A DNA stretch of 64,000 nucleotides from contig NC_042999.1 in assembly GCF_006345805.1 (NCBI RefSeq), positions 135,904,001 to 135,968,000 on the forward strand, written 5' to 3'. The notes beneath the pieces were generated by a model. The model was not told where the DNA came from, searched no databases, and saw only the letters and a program-made list of their open reading frames with translations. Below, one piece after another: positions 22,774-36,340 of this stretch. Origin of the DNA: Octopus sinensis (taxonomy: Eukaryota). Positions within the stretch are counted from its first letter, which is position 1, and every line of letters begins with the position of its first letter. Position numbers and translations under genes: made by a program.

Positions 22774-25700
22774 AAATAGAGTTAGCAGTTGTAGTAACTG
22801 ACTAAGGGATAAAATATCCGTATGTACTATCAGTGTCTGTTACCTGTGTTATCCCCAGGCAATGGCGTGCAGGGACACCATATATGTTAAGCACAGGTGA
22901 CAATAGGATAAACAAAAGTTTATGGGGGGGGGATACATTTAAAAATATAGGGGAAGAGAAAGGGAAAGGGAAGGGGTTAGATAAATGACTAACTAGGGGT
23001 GTATCGGTTATTCAGTAAGATGACTTAAAATGGAGTAAGGTGTAAAACCTCCATTAAACTATAAGGAGCTCCTATGTGTATGCTGTGGAATTATATATAC
23101 TGATATGGGGAAATGTAAAAGTATCTAAAGTTAATAATTATAAGAAGTAGGAAACAGTTAAGGGTGGGGGTTAACAAATAAGACTTAGTAAAAGGGGGAG
23201 GGGGTTTGTAATTAAACTGCCTACATGAGACACAATACTTCTAAGCAAGACAAAAATAATAAAGGGGTAAGATGTATAACCTGCTAAAAAACTAACAGGG
23301 GCTACTAATTAATAGCTACGGGTAATAAGTACCAATATGGAGTAGTATAAGTATTTCTAGTGTTATTTATAACTATTGAAAGAGGACCTACCGTTATGTA
23401 AGCAAGCTATACTATGCTCAAGTCTCAGGTTCACTAACGGAATTCATGCAGTTAGAATTTTAAAAAATCTCATTCATGCGAAGGTGAGATTTTCTATTTT
23501 TTCCATTATACAAAGGTACCATTGTGAGGATCTCCCAATATAATGTGAAGCTAGTGTTACTATCTTTGAGCTCCCAGATGTACTTACTTAAACCAGTTGA
23601 ATTGATTAAGTTTCTATTTATAAAAGAATGCTGGTGTGTGGTCAATCTACGTTTTATTTCATTTTGAGTTGCACTGATATAACTGTTTGCTAGACTTTGT
23701 TGTGACAGTGCATTGATAGATAGCATCCTTTATTCTATAGGTGTTACTGAATGCACAGTTATTCCTGTTCCTACAGTTACATACGTTATTCTGTAGGGGG
23801 AAATAGCTTCCTAGTGGGGTAGGATCAGGTCTATTGAGGTTAAATTGGTTATTTTGATCCTGAAAGAATTCTGTACTGATGCTGGGGTAGTGGTTAATGT
23901 TGATATTACTACTAATACCACTGACTGTACTGTAAATGTTTCTATTTGAGTAGAAAGTATCTAATTTCTTATTATTCAGAGAGGCTATTATACTCTTTAA
24001 ATTATGTGTAAGACTGTAACCTATCCTAATTTTACTGCTATTTATAATACTAGAATACCTATTATTCTTACCAAAGTGTCTATTCATGATATTCAATAAT
24101 TGTTTCACTAAGTTTGTCCTTATTTGCATTGCAAAAGGGATTATACACCATATCCTGTCTCCTGATTTACTGGTAGTTTCTTCATGGGTGGAATGCATAT
24201 TGGTGATACTACAATTATTGTAGTTATTTATGCAGTTACTAGATTTGGTTATATTCGTGTTAATAGCTACTGTTACCTGTGCTTTTTTACATCGCTTTGG
24301 TCTATGTGCAGTAAAGTTACAGTTATGATATTCATTGTTCCTGCTATTCCTTCCATGTTCATGTTGGGTATATTTAATTCTACCTCTATAACCTGCAACC
24401 TTAAGTGCCTTATTGTACCTATCCTTTATGGCTATCAAGTATGTCCTCATTAGATGAGAGATAAGAAATCCTTTTACTAATGCCTCTGATTAAAGCCCTT
24501 TTTACAGATTGTTGATGATTACTTTGATAGTTTATATATTTCAGGTTGGAGTTGGGTTTCATATTAGTGTAGACAAGTATTTAAATCACAGTTAACATCT
24601 AAGTAATTGATTGCGTAGTTATCATTCTCTATAGTAATGGAAAGGCTGAACCTATTGAAGAATTTATACAGGCGTTTCTTGAGTAATTCTAAGCATCTAT
24701 TAGAGATGCTTTTGATAAAGAAAAGTATGTCATCTCTATATAGGCCTCCCATGAGTTCAGGAATTCTTTGTAGATGTTATCTAAGAGATAAATACCCATG
24801 AGGTCACTTACCTTGGTTGAATCTGGGGCTCCCATAGTTATATCAAAGAAGTTGGGCTATCTTTCCTGGCCCACAACCTATTATTGAATTTGATAATGGA
24901 CTTATGGGCAGTTAGGATTACATTAATTTCTTTTCTACTTAACTTAGTATAATTCATAGCAAAGATAAGCTCACTATTTAGGAGTAATAATTTTGAATGT
25001 CAATTTGCAAAAAATTATGATTCTCCTTATATTTCATGTTAGAGAACCATTCAATTGCACCCTGGATATTTGTCCATAGTTCTAATTTAATTTTCTTTTT
25101 AAGAGTAGGAATATGCTTATCTAAGATTGCTTTACTAAGCCTACCTAAATCTGGCTTATTGGGGCATATTAATATGACCTGGGTGTTATGTAGGTAATTT
25201 TCTTTATGATCTTTAATAGTAATACGAGGTCTAATTGATATAAAAGGTTCAGTCCGGTCATCAATATTATACTCCAACATAATCTTTTTGACCTGTAAGT
25301 TGAGTGTTTTGAGGGTACTCCCAGGGACTACTTTATATTTTTAAGGATTTCGCAGTGAATGAGTTCATGATAAGTATCACTGTTCATGTTATATGTGTTT
25401 CTTGTTTTATCGTTGTGTACTATAATACTGTCTTTGGATTTTAACTCAAGAACCAAATCCTTAAGCTTCCTTTGGTACTTATTATGCCTAAGGGGGTGGT
25501 TCTTGAACTTAATGTCCTTAATTAAAGACCAAAGTTCATTTTCAAAAGCTTCCAGGTGACTGCTTGATGGTGGCATTTCCTAGTTCTGAAAATTCTAGTG
25601 GTAAAATCCTTATCACCTATGTTGTTGTTGTTGTTGGTAGTGACATTGGTATTGGTGTAGAGAGGAGTTTTTCTAAGCCTTCTGTCATGGTGGTAGGCAA

Positions 25701-26259
25701 GCCAACGAATTCTTTGGGGGAAGTCCGTAACTTTAGAAATGAGTTCTTTGAGGTAAGTGTTCTTAGGATGAATTAGTGTGTCGTTTAGGGATGGGTCAAC
25801 CATAATTTTCTCCATTTTATTAATAGTATTCATTTTACTACTTATTGGAAGTATCCATATACATACACACACACACACACACCACACACACACACACATA
25901 TATATATGTATATATACTAATGGTTTATGTACCAAGCAAACAATAAGTAATATGGGGGACAAGATATGTCAAATATAAATAGAGTTAGCAGTTGTAGTAA
26001 CTGACTAAAGGATAAAATATCTGTATGTACTATCAGTATCCATAACCTATGTTATCCCTGGGCAATGGTGTGCAGGGAAAAACATATACGTCAAGCACAG
26101 GTGACAATAGGATAAACAAAAGTTTATCAGGAACCAATGCAAATAATTAGAAAATGGAGAAAAACATAGATTAACCTGTACATCGATAGAACCACATTTA
26201 AAGCTTGTCTATTGATACAAAGCAAGACATAACAAAGCTAACAGCTGTTTCTGATCAAA

Positions 26260-26262
<3 letters not shown>
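22774..26262 (-). mobile_element. Penelope-like retroelement, Naiad-like, with direct pseudo-LTR repeats
   Basis: Direct repeats 22774-22923 and 25977-26262 flank a broken RT-GIY-YIG ORF; both outer ends abut (TA)n. Confidence 0.9.
23460..25833 (-). pseudogene. Frameshifted Penelope-like RT + GIY-YIG endonuclease ORF
   Basis: Collinear ORF pieces: RIRWLAY; PPSSSHLEAFENEL..DKTRNTY; IKDHKEN..QIDIQNYY; GGLYRDD (RT active site); YLDV; ALKVAGY; CNCRNRNNC; YISATQ..LSKYIWELKD..WEIL. Several frameshifts and stops. Confidence 0.92.
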
Positions 26263-26342
<80 letters not shown>

Positions 26343-27555
26343 CATATATATATAGGGCTGTGTGATTAAGAAGTTCATCTGCAACTACAGTTTTTGGGAT
26401 TACTTCCACTGCATGGCATCTAGTGCAAGTGTTTAAAACTACAGCCTCAGGTAAACAAGTGTCTTATGACATTTGGTAAATGGGAAATGGCAGTGGTCCA
26501 GCATGGCTGAAACAAGTAAAAGAATAACCAGTTGTACACACACACACACACACACATACACACACACACACATTTATATTATGTCGTATGTAATCAAACA
26601 TAAGTTTTTGAAGCATTGAAATGTATTAGGTTATAATAGAAAGCATTTGCCGAAGGTGCCACACTGAACCCAGAACCACATAGTGAGGAAGTAAACGTCT
26701 AAACCACACAGCTACACATGTGGTGATAGTATATGTGAGTGTGCTTGCATGTATATGTATATGTGGGATTGTGCAGGATGTGAATGTGTGGTGTGTGAAT
26801 GTGCATGAACATTAATATTTTGCTTGTCATTTGAGTAAAGCAGTTCTGATGTTGAAATTCTTTGTTGACATTATGAATGCTTTTGAAAAAGAATTAAAGG
26901 TTTGTAACAGAAAGCATGTCCAGTCATAAAATCCTGTCTCAAAATCAAATCCAGTCCAAATCATGCTATATGTGTGTGTGTGTGCTTGGTGTGTGAGTGT
27001 GTGTGTGCGTGTGTGTGTATCTTAGTCACCTTGTCAGTCAAAAGAACATGCTCTGCTGAACAGAAAATGCTCTGTTCATGGCTAAGAGTTGTTTTGCCTC
27101 TTATTTCTAGCAATGCTGGTGCTGACTTTCATCTTTAGTTATTGTAAGTGCTAATTGTATTTGTGCCTTTTGGGTTTAAATTGCATTTAGCCACTTTGAT
27201 AATTTACAATTTTCACTTTATCATATTACTGAATTAGCCACTAATTCTTATGGTATATTCTATAAACTGACAAGTCAAGTTAGCTTAATCCTAGGCAATA
27301 GAGTAGCATCACAGATGAGGATTAATTCTATCTGAAATTGGCTGGCCAATCTGGCACCCTCGCTTGCTGTGGGGAAGTTGTCTCCCTTGTCAGTCAATAG
27401 AATATGCTCTGTTGAACATAAAATTCTCTGTTTATGGTTAAGAGTTGTTTTGACTCTTATTTCTAGCAATGCTAGTGCTGATTTCTATCCCTAGTCACTT
27501 TTAGTGATGATTGTACACACACACACATGTATATGTATATATGTATGTCTGTGTG

Positions 27556-27845
27556 TTTGCTTGTCAGTACATCATCATCATCGTTTAGCGTCTGCTTTCC
27601 ATGCTGGCATGGGTTGAACGGTTCAACTGGGGTCTGGGAAGCCAGAAGGCTGCACCAGGCCCAGTCTGATCTGGCAATGTTTCTACAGCTGGATGCCCTT
27701 CCTAACATCAACCACTCCATGAGTGTAGTGGGTGCTTTTTACGTGCCAGACGAGGCTGGCAAACAGCCAAGATTGGATGGTGCTTTTTACGTGCCACCGG
27801 CACAGAGGCCAGAAGAGGCTGGCACCGGCCATGATTGGATGGTGC
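27556..27845 (-). mobile_element. RTE 3'-end-derived repeat with (GAT)n tail
   Basis: Matches the tail of the 20571-22488 RTE (catcatcgtttagcgtc...tttccatgct). Further copies at about 31915-32005(+), 52745-52938(+), 59543-60005(-), 61194-61690(-), 61712-61868(+) and 62815-63063(+). Confidence 0.85.
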
Positions 27846-27885
27846 TTATATATACTTTGAAGAGAGGTTATCAACCACCAGCCAT

Positions 27886-27950
27886 TAGGGTCTGAAGAAA
27901 TGCCATAAAGCTAAGCACTTTATGGACCTGAAACCCAAGGTAACCCCATA
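27886..27950 (+). ncRNA. Type I hammerhead ribozyme candidate
   Basis: tagggt-CTGAAGA(27892-27898)-aatg ccataaag ctaagca ctttatgg acct-GAAACC caa GGTA/acccc ata. Stem I gggt:accc; 8-bp stem II hairpin; stem III ACC:GGT; GUA triplet, cleavage after 27942. Confidence 0.7.
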
Positions 27951-28403
27951 GGCTAGCCATAACTATCTTTATCTAATTACTCTACTACTCTATTACTTAA
28001 AGTGTCCTTGCTTTTCGGATTTATGATTTACTGACAATATATATATATCAATTAATATAGAGAGAATTGATGTATAAACATCAAAAACATTTATATTAAA
28101 TTAAGAGCTCAATTAATAACACTTTGTAAAACTCCAACACATGTTTTCTTTTTATTCTTACCACCTCCATTTTTTTCTCCATCTTGTATTTGAACCAATA
28201 ATAGTTTTTGACTACCAGAACACATAATATTTCCAATGATTCAGATAAACATCGCTTTTAAATTAATTTAATTGAATTTAACTTGATTAATTATGCATCA
28301 TAATTATATAATTATGGAATTAATGATGTTAATGTTAATGAAACAGCTGTTGAACATAATTAAACCATGAGGTATATGTGAAACTTGTCCTTTCTCTGTT
28401 TAT

Positions 28404-28444
<41 letters not shown>

Positions 28445-28732
28445 CACACACAGACATGTATACATTGTGTGGTAAGAAGCTTGCTTCCTAACCATATGGT
28501 TCTTGGTACCTTGTGCAGATGTTTTCTACTATAGCTTTGGGCTGACCAAAGCTTTATGAGGGGATTTGGTAGATGGAAACTGAAAGATGCCCATTGTATA
28601 CATATTCTTTTATTCTTTTACTTGTTTCAGTCATTTGACAGTGGCCATGCTGGTGCACCATCTTTAGTCGAGCAAATCAACCCCAGGACTTATTCTTTGT
28701 AAGCCTAGTGCTTATTCTATCAGTCTCTTTTG

Positions 28733-28776
<44 letters not shown>

Positions 28777-29939
28777 TCCCTCATCATATATATATATGAA
28801 TTCCTCATCATATTGCAGTTCACCTATCTTGGTTTATTATTTAAGCTTATGTCGATTCCTCTGAGCTGTTGTTTTGCATTTATAATAAAATAGATATGTA
28901 CAAATTACAAAAAATAATTTTTAAAAAATATACTGTACAGTACTGTTTCTACTTCGTGGATTTTCACCAATTGCAGGGGGTTTTGGAATATAACACCCAT
29001 GACAGTTGAGGGATTATTGCATACATACATGTATGTGTGTGTGTGTGTGTGTGTGTATACATCTAAAGTGTGGTTATAAATCATATTTGAATGCAACTCA
29101 TTTACTGCAACATGGTAAAATGGGAATTAAGGATTGAAAAAGGAGGATTACAAATATTGTTTTTCTGTTTCTCTTTTTTCAGTTTATCATTCAAAGAAAT
29201 TTGAATGATTGTGATCTGATTGTCTGACTTGACAAACATCAGGCACTTTGATATATTATATATATGAAATCAAAACATATGAAACTTGTTTTCTGTCAAG
29301 ATTCAACATTTAGCTTCTTTTTACATTTGACAAAACTGATGTCATGTTTGGGAATGCTTCAACCATGTATCTTTTGGGTGGAATTAAAGAAAGACAAACT
29401 GTGGAATTGTAATTTACAGAGAAGATGAGCACATCTGAGAGTCTCACTCTGTTTATAAATTGGAATGATGGAAAAAATCTGCTATGTGTCAGAACTCTAA
29501 GGATATAAAGTACATTTTCCCTTAATCTGATTGTCAGAATAACCAACAACTACTAGGTTATGACATCCATCACTATCTCCTTTGCTGATAGCAACCAATG
29601 TGTATAAGCAGCTGACTAGCACTGGTACTCTGTTGGTTATGACGATGATGGTTCCAGTTGATCCGATCAATGGAACAGCCTGTTTGTGAAATTAGCATGT
29701 GGATGAGCACTCCATGGACATGTGTACCCTTAATGTAGTTCTCAGGGAGAGTCAGCATGACACAATGTGATAAGGTTGACCCTTTGAAATACAGGTATTA
29801 TTCATTTTTGACAAGTGAGTGCACAGGAGCAACATGAAATAAAGAGTATTGCTCAAGGACACAATGTGTCACTGGGAATTGAACTCGTGACCATATGATC
29901 ATGAGCTGAATACTCTAACTGAAGAATATGAGCAATGCA

Positions 29940-30660
29940 CATACCAGTTTGTAGACTGTACTGACCAATATTACATTGCACCAACCAACCAATATAGCAA
30001 TCCACCAACCAATAGTACACTGCACCTACCAACTACCTAATCAAACAATACTAAAATATGCATCAATCAATGCAACAATGCACTAACAAATGCTACATTG
30101 TACCAACCAATATGATAATGTTCCAACAGATACTATATTGTACCAACCAACAAAACAACCAACTAACCAACCAAACAATACTACAATACACTATCCAATT
30201 CTACAATACACTAGCCAATAACAATTCTATATGTCAACTAATACTACTAAGTAGCAATCAGTATTGGAATGCACCATCCAATACTGGAATGCACCAAATG
30301 ATACTACAACCACATCAACCTATAATACATTGCACCAACCAACCAACCAACCAACCAACATTGCACTGACTCTACTACACTGTACCAGTTTGTGCAAAGT
30401 TGCAATCAATACTGCACTGCACAAACCAATTCCACAATACACCAAGCAATACAAAACCTTAACCAATAATACAATGCAGCAGCCAATAGTACAACGTACC
30501 AAGCAATTCTATAATATACCAACCAATTCTACAGTATATTAATTAATATTACAATACACCAATACAGTGCACCAACTAGTACCACAAAGTATCAAGTCAT
30601 ACTATAAAGGAGCACTGAATAGTGTAACACATCAACTAATGCTGCAAACTACCAACTGAA
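29940..30660. repeat. Degenerate A/C-rich satellite (caccaaccaat / tacaatac motifs)
   Basis: Irregular recurrence of ccaacc and acaata motifs with strong strand asymmetry. Confidence 0.7.
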
Positions 30661-31569
30661 TCAACGACAGAGAGTGTTTATATAGTTGCTGCACCTGCAA
30701 GAAATAGGACTTAACCATTGGCATTTAATCTGGCCACATTCAGCTCAGATAGTCAACTGGTTTGTTATTAAAACTGACTAGATTCAATCTGTCAAACCTA
30801 CCCTTCGATGTTATCCTAAAAATATACAAACACACTTTTGAAATCTTGAAACTACAAAATAATGCATGATTAATTCAAAACATTGTGAATAAATAAGCAA
30901 TACAGTTGACAAAGAAATCTGAATGCTAAAGAGTGAAATACCCTTGTATCACCCTCTACCATCTTAGAAAAGAAAAACACATCAGAAAATGTGGTAATGG
31001 ATGCATTATGCCTGGGGAATAGCTAGAATGCCTTTAATCATAGATCTACTTGATCAAGGCTGACCTGAGACTACAGCATAGCAACCCATTAGCAGCTCCA
31101 ACACTTTCGTAAGATTAACAATATCTGAAGATGAGGGTCTTCAACAAAATTTGAAAATTAGTGTCTCCAACATTATTTAAAGATGTTTCCAACATTATCT
31201 TAAAATTAATGAATCCTACAAAATCTGAAGATTAGAGACTCCAGATTTATGTTAAGTTAAGTAGAATTACTAATATAAGATTTAGTGGTTATGATTAGTG
31301 TCTCCAATACTACCTGAAGATTAGTAACTCTAGTGTCAGTAACTTCAATACTATGTTAAGATAACAAACCTCAATACCTTAAGATCAATATCTGAAACAT
31401 TGTCTTGACATAAATGAGGTGTAGATGTGATAAGAAATTTGTTTCCTGACCACATGATTCTGAGTTCAGTCCCACTGTATTCACTGAGGGCAAGTGTCTT
31501 CTACAATAGTCTCAGGCTAACTAAAGAGTTGTAAGTGGATTTGGTATATGGGAACTGAAAAAAAGGGTG

Positions 31570-31635
31570 TTGTGTGTGTGTATATACATACACACACACA
31601 CATATATATATATATGTATGTATGTGTGTGTGTAC

Positions 31636-31668
<33 letters not shown>

Positions 31669-31689
31669 TACACACATATATATATATAT

Positions 31690-31745
<56 letters not shown>

Positions 31746-31803
31746 TATATATATATGTATATATGTGTGTGTGTGTGTATATATGTATATACACACACAC
31801 ACA
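31570..31803. repeat. Compound (TA)n/(CA)n microsatellite (representative of dozens in the window)
   Basis: Direct inspection. Other long tracts include 3056-3147, 14275-14350, 26264-26336, 32008-32082, 39130-39460 and 50488-50760. Confidence 0.98.
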
Positions 31804-32003
31804 TTTCCAGACCCTTCTTCTCCGTGCCCAGAAGATGACCAGCATGGAGAAGAAGGGTCTGAAAGCATAAGGATCCTACAAATGGATAGAGATTTAGAGA
31901 TGAATTACTGGTACAGACTTCTGGCTTGCCAGCCCTCAGTCAAACCGTCCAACCCATGCCAGCATGGAAAGTGGACGTGAAATGATGACGATGACGATGA
32001 TGA

Positions 32004-32087
<84 letters not shown>

Positions 32088-32631
32088 GAAGAAATGCTGC
32101 TTGGCATTTTGATGATTCTGCCAGTTCACTGCCTTCTCCATAGCTTATATCAAGATTAGTATCTACAAGACTACTCCAAATTAGTGGATTAGTGGCTATA
32201 GAGACAATAATTCTAGTACTACACCAAGTTTACATCTCCCACCTTTGCTCACTAATATCAAATTTGGAGCTTCAGTGGATTGAACATTAATCCGAATTAC
32301 TGACTCCCAGTGCTTTCCCTGAATACTTGTTCCAACTCTAGCCCAGATTAGTCCTAATATTATCTTAGAGTTGGAGACATCAATGTGGCTCCAAAACTAT
32401 TCTAAATTACACTGTCTAGGTGAATGAAGCCCCTCGTTGTCTTAATAAAATTAAAATGAAATAAAATTCTACACACTTGTACTTCTCTTTGCGCAATTTG
32501 TCTCATTAATTTTAATTAACTACTTGGAAGGTTTCCATTCTAAAATGGAATAGACCTTAATTATTCCTCTGCTGTCTGCATTGCAACTTGATCATTAGAA
32601 TATATATGCATACATGCATGTGCACGTGTGT

Positions 32632-32675
<44 letters not shown>

Positions 32676-33100
32676 TGGTGTGTGTGTGTGTGTGTGTGCA
32701 TGCGCATGCTTGTGTGCGTTTCATTTTCTAACTTCTGTCCTCAATATAAATATGTCTCATACAATCTCTATTACTTCTATCTTTCTTAGTGTTGCTATTG
32801 TACAACACATGTTACAATAATGGAAAATACAGACTTCTAATATCTCTTCCCTCTTTGAAGCATTTTTCATTCTCTTATTCTTTCTTTAATTTGTTTTTTT
32901 TACTATTGTTCCTGTTATGAACTTGTCTAATTAATCAATTTAGGCACCATTTTCTCTTCTTTCATATCTGACACAGCTATGTGGTATGTTTGTGAATGAG
33001 TTTTTGTGAGTACAATGTATACATGTGAAAAAATAATGTGCATTTATATATATGTATATATATATATATATATATACATATATTATATATATATAATATA

Positions 33101-33142
<42 letters not shown>

Positions 33143-33158
33143 ATATATATATTATAAA

Positions 33159-33615
33159 CAGGTCGTTGTCGACTTATGACCACAACTGGTTCCGACTGAT
33201 TGGTTGTAAGTCGATTTAGTTGTAAGTCAATCTATGAGCCTATATAGCTTGGTTTAATTTTTTAAAATTCTTAAGGCACTTTTTCAGGTAAAAGTAACAC
33301 ACAGCATTCTGTATTATACTATTATACTGGTGTTAGTCAAAAATTTTTGAGTCTCAAGCAGTTGTCTTATAAACAAACATGAAGTTGCCTCGATGTCTCT
33401 ATGAAAGGATAGTCATCCAGCACAGTGGCAATTGATAACCAAACCTAGGGGAAGTATTTGTTAGCTGACAACATCCGTAGATGGGTTAATTTCTAAGAAA
33501 TTAAACCCATTATATTTCAACTGGACTATTTATTATTGCTGAGGAAGATGGCATGCCAATCATCGTAAAGTCAATTGATCGTAAGTCAGATAGGTCATAA
33601 GATGACGATGACTTG
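33159..33615. mobile_element. pogo/Tigger-like MITE
   Basis: Degenerate TIRs caggtcgttgtcgacttatgacc / ggtcataagatgacgatgacttg in a (TA)n context; non-coding. Confidence 0.65.
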
Positions 33616-33644
33616 TATATATATATATATGTGTGTGTGTGTGT

Positions 33645-33703
<59 letters not shown>

Positions 33704-35082
33704 ATTTACATGCATACACACACACACACACACAAATATACATAATATATGCATGCACACAATAAATACTTATGAACCATCATAGGGGTCACCTGTCCTG
33801 CTGATGTGAATATCTCTTTGAAAACCAAAAGAAAAGGATAACTATGGATATCTGCTTCAAAATCTCCATCTTCTATATCCAGATAATAACTTCACATTCA
33901 TAACAAAAATAATTGGTGCACTTCGTTTTGTGAGTAAATATCTAATGTGAGTAAATGTGAGAAAATGACAATCTGGATAAGTGAGGGTTTTCACAAAAAG
34001 AAATCAACCAGCTAACTCAAACATTACAAATACAAATTGTAAGTGGAACAGTAAAAATATACAAGACTTTTCTCAAGTTTCAAATGTGACATTTTTTTTT
34101 GTTACCTACATTCCACTGAAAGAGCTTTGAATCCTTGTTAGAAACCAGCTCCTTCCTCAGAGGAGTAATTTAGATAATCAAAAACAGAAGAAAATTAATG
34201 AATGAACGAACATGCATACTTGAATATAAGCACATATACATATATACATACCTACCTATATACATACATATACGTGCATAGCCCAACTAAGGAGGCAACT
34301 CAGAATAGACTCAACGTTTGATATATTTATCTACTCTACCAACTGTACTGAGTTCTGTATCAAATAATGTGTGCATTTGGTAAAACATATTGTAATAAAC
34401 TTACTTTAGTACTCTTAGATTATATATGTTACAATAATAAAAAAAATTAGATAAGCAAGCCTCTAACTTTCTTTCTCTTCCCCTAATATTCTTCATTAAC
34501 TTATCCTTTCTCTTACTTCCTACTATTGTCCCTATTATGAATGTATCTAATGCTCACATTATGCATATTTTTCTCTTTTTACCCCATAATTTCTCCTACC
34601 TATCTCTCACTCTCTCTCTGTCTCTCTGTTGTTTCAATAACCTCAAGGAATGCTTTCATTTTCTAACTAATGTCCCCACTATAAATATGTCTCTTACAAT
34701 CTCTATCTATTCTATCTTTCTTAATGTTTGTACAACACATGTTACAATAATGGAAAATACAGACAAGTAAACTTCTAATTTCTCTTCCCTCTTCCAAACA
34801 TTTTCCATTCTCCTATTCTTTCTTTATTTTTTTTTACTACTGTTCCTGTTATGAACTTGTCTAATTAATCAATTTATGCACCATTTTCTCTTCTTTCACA
34901 TCTGACACAGCTATATGGTTAAGAATTTCACATTGCAGCCAAAAGTTTTGCTCTTGGAAAGTGTCTCATGTCATTGGAAAGTGTTTCATGACATTGTCTC
35001 ATGTCAACCAATGCCTTGTGAACAAAATTTGCAAGATGAAAATTATGTGGAGGCCCATCATGTGTGTGTGTGTGTGTATATA

Positions 35083-36340
35083 CAAGGGGTGTTCATTAAA
35101 GATTTCCCTTGACCCACTTCTGGTTAGTGCAAGAAATAGAACTTGTACAAATATAATCATAAATGTCTCTACATGTCACATTGTAAATTGTAGTTTTCCA
35201 CTAGTATTTGTTTGTCGTTTACAGCTGCTGAAGTGGACTAAGGTGCTATAATGGAGGCAACTGAATGCTGATTAGTGATCAGGTTCTTATACTTGAAAGA
35301 TTGGACACCAAAAGAGACTTTTGATGGGATGAAAGAAGTGTATGGTAATGATGCACCCTCATACAACATATTCAAGCACTGGCATTGCTAGTTCAAATGT
35401 GGTTGGACATTGGCGGAGACTTCTCCTATTCCTGGACGACCACATTCTGCCATTGATGATGACACCATCCATAAAGTGGAAGCCACAATTTTGGAGGAAC
35501 ACCTCATAACTGCTCAGCAATTAGGCCAAGAAGTGAAGATAAGTCTAGGGTCTGTGGAAAAAATCATTCACGACCATTTGCACATGTGAAAGTTGCCTGC
35601 ATGATGGATTCCTTGGATACTCACACCTTTTCAGAAGCTGCAGTGAGTAAATTGCTCCCAGGCACTTTTGGCAATGTGCCAAGAAAACGAGAAGGACTTT
35701 TCTGGCAGACTTATCACAGGATGAAACACTGGTCCATCACTATGATCCTGAGACTAAAGTCCAGTTGAAACAATGGAAGCACAATAACTCACCACTTTCA
35801 AAGAAGGCTTGCGTCCAACTCTCAGCAGGCAAGGTGTTGCTCACAGTATTTTGGGACCAGTGTAGAGTAGTGATGATGAATTTTCTGGCAAAGGGCACCA
35901 CAATTAACGGGATATATACTTCTCTGTTGCAAAAACTGTGGGATATTGTCAAAGCTGAGGGGTGTGGCATGCTGTCCAAAGGAGTCCGTCTTCTCCAAGA
36001 CAACACCCCAGTTCACAATGTGAATGTTGCCCAGATGAAAGCACACACCTGCAGCTAAGAAATTCTTCCTCACCCCCCTTACTCTCCTGACCTCGCACCA
36101 TCTGACTTTTATCTCTTTCCAACCATGAAATCTTTTTTGAAGGGGAAGCACTTTTCAGATGATGAACTTATCTGTGAGGTAAAGTCTTTGCTTCAGACAC
36201 AACCTACTGGCTTCTACAGATGAGGTCTTCACAGCTGCATAATGTAATGAGAGAAGTGTGTCACCATTGGTGGTGACTATGTAGAGAAGGACTAATAATT
36301 ATATCAAGTTTTGTTTATCCCAGTCCTTGGGAAATGGATA
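35083..36340 (+). mobile_element. Decayed mariner transposon (3' TIR not recognisable)
   Basis: 5' TA+caaggggtgttcattaaag. Transposase motifs DETLVHHYDPETK, SAGKVLLTVFWD, LLQDNTPVH, LPHPPYSPDLAPSDFYLFP, YVEKD*. Stops and frameshifts. Confidence 0.92.

Noticed and set aside
23460-25833. Selenoprotein-type Penelope element (known for some Naiads)
   Set aside because: The interruptions I checked are frameshifts or TAA stops (e.g. 24564-24566), not TGA at conserved Cys; I saw no evidence of a SECIS.
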